NCBI GenBank assembly: GCA_964514055.1
Contig: CAZEPB010000002.1
Span: 40,797 to 104,796 of the forward strand
Direction: 5' to 3'
DNA length: 64,000 nucleotides
DNA from: an uncultured Candidatus Bathyarchaeia archaeon
GTDB lineage: Archaea; Thermoproteota; Bathyarchaeia; Bathyarchaeales; Bathycorpusculaceae
The position numbers and the translations under genes are program-made. This document shows positions 39,085-47,902 of the stretch, one piece after another. The notes below the pieces were generated by a model, which was given only the letters and a program-made list of their open reading frames with translations, did no database searches and was not told the DNA's origin. Position 1 is the stretch's first letter. The number at the start of each line of letters is the position of its first letter.

Positions 39085-41063
39085 ATGCTTCCACCCTGAA
39101 AAAGAGTTTTTTCTGGACTTTTAATGAATGATAAAAGGCTAGAGATGCGAGTTTTTCTCCAACCTCCATAGTTTAATGGTAATCCAAAATGTACACACAA
39201 AAGCCTGTTCAAATAGAAGACAGTTAATATCCGCCCTTTTTTTCCCTGCCTATATTCCGCATGTTCTTCAAGAAAATTTTGAGAAACACAAATTTTCAAG
39301 ACTTCTTTTAAAGGTGAGTAGATTGATTTCTCTCCAGAGTTTACCATTCTATTGATTTCGGTTTCCAGAACACCTATACCTGTAACACCCTCGTAGGACG
39401 CAGCTTTTCTGAAAGTCTGCTTTTTGCAAATATCTCGAATAGCCGTCAACAATGAAATAACCTCACCGCTCCTAGACACGGTATTAGGGATAGTGCTCCA
39501 AACTTCTTTTGCCACTCGTCGCAGGATTTCTTCTTGTCGTTTTGCACTTAAAGTATATCTTCTATTTAACCACACAGAGGAAATTGCTTCTTCAAAAAGG
39601 TCTCCAGCCAAATGTATAAACTGTTCTACATTAAAAGAAGCAGCTTGTACCAAACGAGAAAAGCCAAAATAATATGGAATATGAAATTCTTGGGAAAGCA
39701 AGAATTCACTAATTGATTTAATCCCAGCATCTAACTGTACTTCTTCGCTAGGTATGGGTTCGTTGAATAACCTTCTTTGGTATCTACGCTCAACTAGTAT
39801 TTCTAAAGCACGCCAACTCACTGCCTTTTCTTTGCATCCTCCTCTAGTATTTTCAATTTTTTCTATCCAAAGATCAAAGGTTTTGTCCTTCCCTAATTTT
39901 TCTCTTAATCTCTTGGAAATTATTTCAATCGCTTCAGAATATTTCTTTTCTAAAGATCTGCGATCGCTGGTATGGGTTAAGCAAGCCTCAAAAGTGTTGA
40001 ATTGCATACGTTGAGAGTCTTTGGCCAATCTAGTCCGGCGATCCGCGATTTCTCTTAACCATGATTCGAAACGCTTTTTTTTCCCTAAACTCCGCTTTCT
40101 CCAAAAGTTCTCCAGGTTAATAGTTTCACCATATTCTCTGCCGAGTTTAGTACCTGTGGAAAACAACTCTGCTGAGGAAAGCGCCTCCATCCTTTTTGCT
40201 GTCCATATGTTAATTGGTTGCCTACTTTCTGTTAGAACCTTTTCTAGCCTTTTCCTTTGATCTAAACTCAGTTTTTCCAAATCATCAAGCAGTAACAATA
40301 CCTTTTTATCAAATAATTTATTGTTTATGTATATTCCATTTGGTTGGAATAAATTCAGGCTAAAAAGTGTGTCATTTCCCTCTATTTTACTCTCTTGCTG
40401 AGGTACGAAACTATCGATAATTTGAAGAATTGACATTTCATTTTCAGTTGCCCAATCATATAGATACTGGCCGTTACAGGGTAATTTTATTTGAGGATGG
40501 ACCGAAGATGGCTTTGGGTTGACAAATTTAAGCCGACTGAGGTCTTCAGGATATGACAGCTCAAATAACTCTGATAGCCCTCTTAGTCCTGCGATGATTA
40601 TTCTGCTATTTAGAAGTGATAAGAAAAACCGAATTTTTTGACCTGTTGTCAAATCAAGATCTTCTAACAAATCATAGTTTTGATTGAAGGATAAGAAAAG
40701 ACCTAGAATATTTGGACCTTCATCTGAAAAGACGTTGAGCATTTTCAGTCTGTTGTATAGCTCCTTATACTCTTCCAAATCCCTTCTTTCATTAAGTAGA
40801 AGTAATAGCCGAGGCTCAAATAATCTGAAAAGAGAAGTTTTTCCCCCTCCTGGAGAACTCGTAAAAGGATGTACAAGAGGTCTGTTAATAATATCATCGG
40901 ATAGAATATCCAGAATTCCTGGACCAAACAGGTTTAAAAAAGTCTCGTCGTACCTTATTCTTTCAGCATCTCTTAGTATGAATGGGTTTCTTGGAGCACT
41001 CATATTAAACACTGTGTCGGTTAACTCTTGGAAAGATCCCCTTGTATTCTCTTTTAGGTTCAA
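39081..41063 (-). CDS. large P-loop NTPase (operon gene 3)
   Basis: Walker A-like SSPGGGKTS and Walker B VLLLLDDLEKL lie about 190 residues apart, followed by a long helical C-terminal half. The alternative ATG at 41003 sits 1 nt after the upstream TAA. Confidence 0.7.
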   Translation of the reverse strand: MNLKENTRGSFQELTDTVFNMSAPRNPFILRDAERIRYDETFLNLFGPGILDILSDDIINRPLVHPFTSSPGGGKTSLFRLFEPRLLLLLNERRDLEEYKELYNRLKMLNVFSDEGPNILGLFLSFNQNYDLLEDLDLTTGQKIRFFLSLLNSRIIIAGLRGLSELFELSYPEDLSRLKFVNPKPSSVHPQIKLPCNGQYLYDWATENEMSILQIIDSFVPQQESKIEGNDTLFSLNLFQPNGIYINNKLFDKKVLLLLDDLEKLSLDQRKRLEKVLTESRQPINIWTAKRMEALSSAELFSTGTKLGREYGETINLENFWRKRSLGKKKRFESWLREIADRRTRLAKDSQRMQFNTFEACLTHTSDRRSLEKKYSEAIEIISKRLREKLGKDKTFDLWIEKIENTRGGCKEKAVSWRALEILVERRYQRRLFNEPIPSEEVQLDAGIKSISEFLLSQEFHIPYYFGFSRLVQAASFNVEQFIHLAGDLFEEAISSVWLNRRYTLSAKRQEEILRRVAKEVWSTIPNTVSRSGEVISLLTAIRDICKKQTFRKAASYEGVTGIGVLETEINRMVNSGEKSIYSPLKEVLKICVSQNFLEEHAEYRQGKKGRILTVFYLNRLLCVHFGLPLNYGGWRKTRISSLLSFIKSPEKTLFQGGSI

Positions 41064-42105
41064 ACCATAGGAGCGGAATTGAGTTATTGGGTGTATTATG
41101 ATTCAAGATCAAAGGTAAAGCACATTCATTAAATCCCAGATACGGCCTGTCGTGTTTACCTTTTTTATAGCTATCAGTGATTATTGATTCGTCAAAATAT
41201 TTTTCAAGTAGTTTAAGAAATTCTTTGTCTCTTTCTCCATTTACTTTTACAGAATCAGGCAACAAACAAACAGATTTGACCTTAAATGGAATTTTACCAA
41301 ACAGCTCAGTTCCAATCTTACGTAAATATGTACACGCTTCTTCTGTTGCTATATAAAGAATCAGATGCACCCTAAGATCGGAGTGATCGAAAAGAGAATA
41401 TGCATCACCATTCTTATTACATGCAATATTAAAAAAATTGGCGAGTTTCCCTTTGAATTCCAAATTTTCTCGTCTAAGATAACTAATGCCACTTGCCGAA
41501 AAATCATCTAAAAGAAACACATTATTGAATGTGAAATTTTTCTTATCCAGCTCAATATTTAATTTATTAAGTCGTTCTTTTAATTTGTCTATCGTTTTCT
41601 GCGCCCGGTCTTTTTGGATTTCATGAGTTCGCAATATCTGTTCGTTACTTAGATTTGGGTTACTTCGTCTGAAAAGACCAATGTGAGCACCGTCACTTAG
41701 ACCCAAAAATATACTACGGTACTCGGCGACTTCGAACTCTTGGCTTTCCAAAATTTTATTGACATGCCATTCAGGGATATCTTGTTCTTTTGAAACATGA
41801 TGTATTAATATTTGCTTAATGCAATCAGGATAAGACATATCTATACAATGTTCCAGTTCATCATCCGAAATATATATGAGGCGATGTTTTATGAATCGAT
41901 ATGCTTCAACCCGTTCTTCCTTATTCTTAAATTGAGAAAGCCACATTGCTAAACTTTCAAAAAAATGCATTCCTTGAAAAAAAGGTTGATATTCATCATA
42001 CTTAAATGCAGCTAAAAACAATAAATCAGGTCGCTCTTTTGCTATGTCTTCTGGGTTCCACTGCATCGTTTTCGCTAGAATCTGTCCAACTAAATTTTCG
42101 TTCAC
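41005..42105 (-). CDS. phosphoribosyltransferase-like protein (operon gene 2)
   Basis: 366 aa with a GTG start 2 nt after the upstream stop. NNVFLLDDFSASGISY fits the type I PRTase PRPP-loop pattern (4 hydrophobic residues, DD, x-x, S/T-G-x-S/T). The N-terminal half is helical and unassigned. Confidence 0.55.
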   Translation of the reverse strand: MNENLVGQILAKTMQWNPEDIAKERPDLLFLAAFKYDEYQPFFQGMHFFESLAMWLSQFKNKEERVEAYRFIKHRLIYISDDELEHCIDMSYPDCIKQILIHHVSKEQDIPEWHVNKILESQEFEVAEYRSIFLGLSDGAHIGLFRRSNPNLSNEQILRTHEIQKDRAQKTIDKLKERLNKLNIELDKKNFTFNNVFLLDDFSASGISYLRRENLEFKGKLANFFNIACNKNGDAYSLFDHSDLRVHLILYIATEEACTYLRKIGTELFGKIPFKVKSVCLLPDSVKVNGERDKEFLKLLEKYFDESIITDSYKKGKHDRPYLGFNECALPLILNHNTPNNSIPLLWFEPKREYKGIFPRVNRHSV

Positions 42106-42107
42106 CT

Positions 42108-44060
42108 CTAACCCCCTCTAAGAATGTTCATATCAAATTTTGCTTCCCCATTTCTACTATGAATTGCCTTCAAATAATCTTCAGCAGCTTGTGTACATCT
42201 ATGTCCAGCTGGAGCCAAGTTCCAACAAGTGTTGGGATTAGGAGAAACAGTATCTACACTTAGTGAATTCTGAACACTTAGGAGGTAAAAATCGTTTCCA
42301 GGCCACTTGCCTTTATCCCCTATACACAATATTGAATTAGTTTTTTGATTGTTGCGATTTTGAATCTCTATTAAAACATTTAATTTACTGACTTTTGGAG
42401 CTAGAACGTCAATAGAATGATCAGATTCAAGAATCTGAATTGTTCTTAAATCATCCTTATTTTCCACTATATTTCGCAAGTACTGACTTAGCTCCTTGAT
42501 AGAATGATTTCTCTTCGGGGTGAAAGTAATTTGATTTGGACGACATTCTGACTTTGAAATAAGATTGAAGTATCCATTATTACTTAAATGATCCATCAAC
42601 AATTTAAGCTTTGGTTCTATTGCTTCGCTCTTGTTAGGTCTTGTCAAATCATTTAATAGTCCTATGTCTGAACCATTGTAATAGCCAATTAGCATTTTTG
42701 ACCAATATCTCTTAGGTATCATTTTTTGTAGATCGTTCCTGACTGACTTCCCACGACCGGTAGCTATGCCAATAGAAATATCGCCGTCTAATAACCTAGT
42801 CAAATGCCCTCCAATTGTTCCTGATATTCCCTCATATCTCTTTTTTGTGTTGCAAAGCGTGCCATCATAATCGAAGACTACCGAATGGTAAGTGTTTGTT
42901 TCCAGATTTTTTACAAATTTGTTACATGCCTTAATCCAGAAATCAATAATTTCATTGTCCATAAAAAAGTTAGGTGGAATTTTTCTTTTTATGGCTCTAA
43001 TTAGAAAAGGATTACTTCGTTTTACAAGGGGGATTCGATTTCTGAATAAATCAGAAGGAACGGTAAGGTGGTACAGTTTCCTACCAAAGGTAGGGACACG
43101 TGGTTGCCCAGGATCAACATCATGATATTCACCAAAAACACCCACTAAATACATAGCTTTAACAAGTAGGGACAGAGCGCCAACAGACCCATTAAGTTTG
43201 GTCGTTAACCTAATGATTGGGACGTCCTTAGGTATTAATTCCAAGTGTTTCTCTGCTAGCCTTTTATCTTCAGGTGAGATTAATGCAAGTACACCCGATT
43301 CGCTAGGCCACTTCGCTAACCAGTAATGTCTTCCATGTGCAAAATTACGATAATCGGCTAGCCGCACATTGCATAATGCGGACTCTGTGAATTTAGACTC
43401 TAAATCAAAAGCAGCAGGTTTTCCCCATTTACCGTGCAACACAATTAAGGTTCTTTTTCGCACTAATGGATTTAATTGTGTCTTCAGACATGAATACAGC
43501 TCTTGAGAACTATATTCGATTAAAGTATTAAACGAGATAGGAAGCCGATCACCCGGGAAAAATTCTTCTTGTGTCCGGAGTAAAACAAGGAAAAACGTAA
43601 GAAGGGAATTAGTTGCAAGAAAACCGTCTTTCTTAGATGGAGGTTCGAATTCACATAAATGTGCAAATCTAAATTTATTCACAATTTTTCCGATAGCGCT
43701 TCCTTTTTTCGTACACAAAACTAATAATTGTCGTGCTTCATTTCTTATTGCATTCTTTACAGCCAGCAATACGTCAGAGTTTCCTCCTTTTGCAGTGAAG
43801 AGTATTACAGAAGTATTTTGGATGTTGATGTCAGCCGTAATGAACTCTAACGGCGTTAAATATTGTGCATGCATTCCTAGCTCTTGGTGAAGCAGAGACG
43901 TAAATATCGCTGCAGTAAAGGAACCGCCCGAGCCTACAGCAATCAATGGAAGAGTACCAGACAAACTACGAAAGGCAGTTAAGCTGCTAATATCAGTAGT
44001 TAGACCCCAGTTATATGTCAAAGGCATGCGTTCAATTTCCTTTAGGTAATTCTTGCCCAA
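42108..44060 (-). CDS. double-SIS phosphosugar-binding domain fused to HAD-IIB phosphatase (operon gene 1)
   Basis: 650 aa with a TTG start. LIAVGSGGSFTAA and FLATNSLL (SIS 1), HGKWGKPAAFDLESKFTE..NFAHGRH (SIS 2, GlmS/AgaS-like). Then VVFDYDGTLC, IATGRG and CIGDKGKWPGND (HAD motifs I, II and IV). Confidence 0.75.
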   Translation of the reverse strand: MGKNYLKEIERMPLTYNWGLTTDISSLTAFRSLSGTLPLIAVGSGGSFTAAIFTSLLHQELGMHAQYLTPLEFITADINIQNTSVILFTAKGGNSDVLLAVKNAIRNEARQLLVLCTKKGSAIGKIVNKFRFAHLCEFEPPSKKDGFLATNSLLTFFLVLLRTQEEFFPGDRLPISFNTLIEYSSQELYSCLKTQLNPLVRKRTLIVLHGKWGKPAAFDLESKFTESALCNVRLADYRNFAHGRHYWLAKWPSESGVLALISPEDKRLAEKHLELIPKDVPIIRLTTKLNGSVGALSLLVKAMYLVGVFGEYHDVDPGQPRVPTFGRKLYHLTVPSDLFRNRIPLVKRSNPFLIRAIKRKIPPNFFMDNEIIDFWIKACNKFVKNLETNTYHSVVFDYDGTLCNTKKRYEGISGTIGGHLTRLLDGDISIGIATGRGKSVRNDLQKMIPKRYWSKMLIGYYNGSDIGLLNDLTRPNKSEAIEPKLKLLMDHLSNNGYFNLISKSECRPNQITFTPKRNHSIKELSQYLRNIVENKDDLRTIQILESDHSIDVLAPKVSKLNVLIEIQNRNNQKTNSILCIGDKGKWPGNDFYLLSVQNSLSVDTVSPNPNTCWNLAPAGHRCTQAAEDYLKAIHSRNGEAKFDMNILRGG

Positions 44061-44098
44061 ACTTCACAACCAACTAGAAACTAATATGGTTAAAAGGA

Positions 44099-44108
44099 CT
44101 TTATAATT
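44099..44108 (-). promoter_or_regulatory. TATA-like box for the five-gene operon
   Basis: The minus-strand aattataaag is centred about 44 nt upstream of the TTG start at 44060. Confidence 0.4.
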
Positions 44109-44754
44109 GGTATGTGACCCATGCTCTGGCTCCATCCGTTGATAGTCTGCATTTTGCTCTGTTTCTAGAGAAACACTTTGGCAAGAATGCTAATTTGAGG
44201 AAAATCATTATTTACATTTAACCAATAAAACCCTGCATGAAACGAAATTAGTCCAATTTCATCTAAGTTAACTTAGCATCTTACGCAGTATAACCACTAA
44301 AATAACTATTTTTGGCACAAATAAATAGTCAAAAACAAATCATAAACTAGAAGTGAACCTTAATCTATAAAACATCGTGAAAAGCTTCTTAGAAAAACTA
44401 AAAAAGGTTACTTAGAATGAAGGCTTTTTGTTTGTTTAGGATGGACAACGACTACCACTACCATAAGAAAAATTTTGGCAAGTCAAATAAAATCAATGTT
44501 AAAAATGGGTTTTTTAACCTTAACTTAAAAAACCGATAAGTTAGGATTCTTGGACTAAAATTTAATTTCCTTCCTTTTATACCAGCTTCCAGGTCATTGG
44601 GGAAAACAGCAGACTTGGTGAATATCGCTGCTAACTTTTTGTAGGGGAGAAACAGATAAGCAGACCATCATAGAGGTCTTAATCTTTTCATTTCCTACCC
44701 TCTAAGATAAGTCTGGTTTCTCCCTCCTTTTTACAACAATGAATATTTTCAAAT

Positions 44755-45225
44755 TTATTTCAAGTCTTTAATTCTTTTTATTGTCTCTTCAAAGTCTAGC
44801 CACTTTGGTATATTGGCTATTTGATTCGTAATTTCTTCAATTTGAATAATTGGCTTTATCTCAGCGTTTAATCTTCTTCGGCGTTCTTCCGCTGTAAGGT
44901 TAAAGAAAACCCATAAACAAGCATTTGAATTATCTGGGCTAACTCTAAATTCGTAGAGTTCAAAACCAAAAGGAATGTTAATGTTGTGCTCTGTAACTGG
45001 AATAGGCTTAGCAATTCCAAGTTCAGCTAATAAGTCTAAACCTGACTTGACTAACTTCTCCCAATTACCCGTTTTCTCGATAATACTTGTCACGTTTCTT
45101 TCATCTTCTTCGGTGATATCGAAATAACCCGTTCGCACTCTGCATCTAACAGTTTCTCCTCTCATCATTTCAAAATCACAAAATTTGTATTTCCCGAAAG
45201 TAAATTCTTGGGGCATAGGAACCAC
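44755..45225 (-). CDS. hypothetical protein, divergent partner of the TIR-like gene
   Basis: 156-aa ORF with clean coding appearance and no nameable motif. It shares a 98-nt AT-rich divergent promoter region with 45324-46175. Confidence 0.5.
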   Translation of the reverse strand: MVPMPQEFTFGKYKFCDFEMMRGETVRCRVRTGYFDITEEDERNVTSIIEKTGNWEKLVKSGLDLLAELGIAKPIPVTEHNINIPFGFELYEFRVSPDNSNACLWVFFNLTAEERRRRLNAEIKPIIQIEEITNQIANIPKWLDFEETIKRIKDLK

Positions 45226-45323
45226 TAAAAGAAGCCTTAGTTATCTAGTTTTATAAATTTATATGTTTAATTAATGAATCGATAAGTTTTTCTTCCCATA
45301 ATACTATTAGCTGTTGACCTGAA

Positions 45324-46175
45324 ATGTCATCAGAAAAGCGATATTACCATGTTCAATTGAAATATACAGAACCCCAAAAAACAGGGATGGGAACACTTAC
45401 TTCTTACCCAAAAACTGAACAAGAGTTTGATTTGTCAGAAGAGGATGCAACTGAATTGGGCGAGCAATATTCTAAAGGATGTATTCTTTTCAAAGGGAAG
45501 TGGATTGAGGTATCAAATATTGAAGAGATTGAAATTCGAGAAACAACAGCGAAATCAAACACGCTATGGGGAAGTTCAGTTTTTCAATCTTCAACGGCAA
45601 ACGTTGTAACAAGACGTTTCATAAAATCACCACCTAGAAAAGGCTCTGCTGCTCCTCAGCCTATTAGTGAATCCGCTAAAATAGTAACACAGGCAAAAAG
45701 TAAAGATGTTTTTATTGTTCACGGCAATGACTATGAACCACTGAAAGAGCTAAAAACGATGCTTTATGATTTAGGTCTAAATCCCATAGTTTTACATGAA
45801 CAACCAAGTGGAAGTAAGACGGTGGTTGAGAAGCTCGAACACTACTCAGATGTTGGTTATGCGTTTGTAATTCTGACTCCTGATGATATGGGTTGTTCAG
45901 GTAATGAATTAAGAAAAGCCATCATTGCTCAGTATCCTATGGAAAAAATATTGAGCATGTTTAGAAATAGAGCAAGACAGAATGTTGTTCTAGAATTTGG
46001 TTATTTTATCAATAAATTAGGTCGTTCTCGAGTTTGTTGTTTATACAAAGGTGACGTAGAATTACCATCGGATATGCAAGGAATTGTGTATATTCCTTTT
46101 CGCAACTCTGTTGAAGAAGTTCGAGTAAGAATAATGAAAGAACTCAAACAGGCTAAATATGATGTAAGAATCTAA
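45324..46175 (+). CDS. TIR-like nucleotide-binding domain protein (COG4271 / Cap12-PycTIR-type) with unknown N-terminal domain
   Basis: 283 aa. The C-terminal half has VFIVHGNDYEPLKELKTML, FVILTPDDMG and RARQNVVLEFGYFINKLGRSRV, the signature I recall for the bacterial TIR-like family. Confidence 0.7.
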   Translation: MSSEKRYYHVQLKYTEPQKTGMGTLTSYPKTEQEFDLSEEDATELGEQYSKGCILFKGKWIEVSNIEEIEIRETTAKSNTLWGSSVFQSSTANVVTRRFIKSPPRKGSAAPQPISESAKIVTQAKSKDVFIVHGNDYEPLKELKTMLYDLGLNPIVLHEQPSGSKTVVEKLEHYSDVGYAFVILTPDDMGCSGNELRKAIIAQYPMEKILSMFRNRARQNVVLEFGYFINKLGRSRVCCLYKGDVELPSDMQGIVYIPFRNSVEEVRVRIMKELKQAKYDVRI

Positions 46176-46223
46176 GGGTAGGGCAGTTGTCATAATAATG
46201 TGGACTGCAAAAGCTGAAAGGAG

Positions 46224-46484
46224 ATGGTTGTATACTTGATAATGTTTGATAATAGACCTTGGAAGGAATTAAATGATGAGATTGCAAAACTGAGTGAGGA
46301 ATATGCAAGATTAAAGAATAGACCTAAACCATTTGAAACTGAAACTGAGAAAGAAGTGAGAGAAGACCAGTTTAGAAAAGACAGACATGAAAAATGGGCA
46401 GAGTTTGATTCTTTTAAAGCTGATTTTGAAAAAAAGAGAGAATACATTCTGAAATTGAAGCAAGAAATCGAAAACAAAAGCTAA
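46224..46484 (+). CDS. small charged coiled-coil protein
   Basis: 86 aa (or from MFDNRPW at 46242). Highly charged helical sequence lying 48 nt after the TIR-like gene on the same strand. Confidence 0.4.
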   Translation: MVVYLIMFDNRPWKELNDEIAKLSEEYARLKNRPKPFETETEKEVREDQFRKDRHEKWAEFDSFKADFEKKREYILKLKQEIENKS

Positions 46485-46506
46485 AATCTTCTGATTCTGA
46501 AGATTT
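46484..46506 (+). terminator. 8-bp stem hairpin at the end of the TIR-like/coiled-coil unit
   Basis: aaatcttc-tgattct-gaagattt starts at the last base of the stop codon. Confidence 0.4.
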
Positions 46507-46640
46507 ATTAACATATCAAAGCGCTAAATAGCACGTGCCAAGTATTCCGCCTATCCATGAAATATCAAAAAGAGCGAATAAGTGAAAACCACTGCAACGA
46601 TGATTTGGTAAAGGTTTCTATTGAATAGGACATTTGTCAA

Positions 46641-47600
46641 TCACCTATTTGGAATATTAAAGTTGATAGTTTTTTCAAACTCGCTGTTAATTTCGCCAGA
46701 CGATGGCGCTGAATATATCATTGTAATTCTAATATCAGAATGTCTCATCACCTCTTTTAAGACTTGAAGGTCGCCTTTGTTATTTCTCCATAAGTGTCCG
46801 AAGACATGACGCATTTTGTGAAGAGTGACTTTATTTCCTTCGCGGTCTTCAATCACCGTCTTTTCACAATAGCGATAAAACCATTTAAGCAAAGTTTTGT
46901 AGGAAACGGGGATAACACGAGAGTTGGGTTCACGCTTACTCACTGAATGCAACAAATAAATGCTAAAATCGTTAAGCGGAATCAATACAGCTGGGTCGCC
47001 AACTTTGGTTGATTTTGGAAAATACCTTTCGCCCTTGTGACGTTGCAGATTGATTTTTTTATTTTCTAAGTCCAAGTCTTCAAAATATAAACCCAATACC
47101 TCGCCTGGACGCAAGCCATCAAAAGCCATTAGGCTCCAGCCAAGGGCAAACTCTTGTGAATAAGGATTTTTCTTATCATTTTGCGTGACTTCAATTAGCT
47201 TCAATATTTGTTCAATTGGAATATCAACCCTAAACTTGTTTTGAGGCTGAACCTCTTTCATGTTATCTCTGAGCCATTTAGAATCATCTCGCCTTCCGAG
47301 GCTGTTGAATAATGCCCTCATAAATCGCTTGTATGCAACTGCGCTGTTCATTGATTTGTAGTAAGAGGTTTTAAGGTCATATCTTCCCATTTTTTGGATA
47401 AAGGCTTTAGCGTGAAGGCAGTTCATCTCGCTGAGTGAAATCCACTGTTCATCAAGAAACGCCTCCAAATTTCTACAGTAGCTTTTATAGGTGCTTGAGG
47501 TTCGCCTTTCACTTTTCTGGGAGAATGTGATGAGTTCGGGAATCGTAAGCTCCCGTGATATAGGTCTGCCACCAACTGAAACGGTTTTTATCATTTTCAC
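46641..47600 (-). CDS. tyrosine recombinase / integrase
   Basis: 319 aa. GLRPGEV (Arg I), LHKMRHVFG (H-x-x-R) and MRHSDIRITMIYS (catalytic Tyr region). Confidence 0.85.
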   Translation of the reverse strand: MKMIKTVSVGGRPISRELTIPELITFSQKSERRTSSTYKSYCRNLEAFLDEQWISLSEMNCLHAKAFIQKMGRYDLKTSYYKSMNSAVAYKRFMRALFNSLGRRDDSKWLRDNMKEVQPQNKFRVDIPIEQILKLIEVTQNDKKNPYSQEFALGWSLMAFDGLRPGEVLGLYFEDLDLENKKINLQRHKGERYFPKSTKVGDPAVLIPLNDFSIYLLHSVSKREPNSRVIPVSYKTLLKWFYRYCEKTVIEDREGNKVTLHKMRHVFGHLWRNNKGDLQVLKEVMRHSDIRITMIYSAPSSGEINSEFEKTINFNIPNR

Positions 47601-47608
47601 ATCCGTGA

Positions 47609-47902
47609 CTAGGGGTTTTTAGCACGACTCCCCTCGCCTTTTTTTGTCAAGTTTCCCTCTTGCTTCCGTGTCCAGGGTTTGCGCCAAGGTCGTAATTCAA
47701 TGCCTTTTCTACGGGCTTGATGAGCAATACTGTCAACTTTTCCCTTTGGTATTCCGTACTTGCGGAGAAAATATTTGTAGTTGAGAAACGGCTTTTCCTT
47801 CAACTCGCCAATCACTAACTGGCTGATGTTGACTTCTTCCCTTCTGAAGCGCTCCCCATTGATGATGATATAGTCTTTTTCCTCAGAGTTTTCTTGAATC
47901 AA
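47609..47902 (-). CDS. small basic protein (possible excisionase/HTH)
   Basis: 97 aa. Its start overlaps the upstream gene stop by 4 nt, and it lies directly upstream of the integrase. Confidence 0.45.
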   Translation of the reverse strand: MIQENSEEKDYIIINGERFRREEVNISQLVIGELKEKPFLNYKYFLRKYGIPKGKVDSIAHQARRKGIELRPWRKPWTRKQEGNLTKKGEGSRAKNP

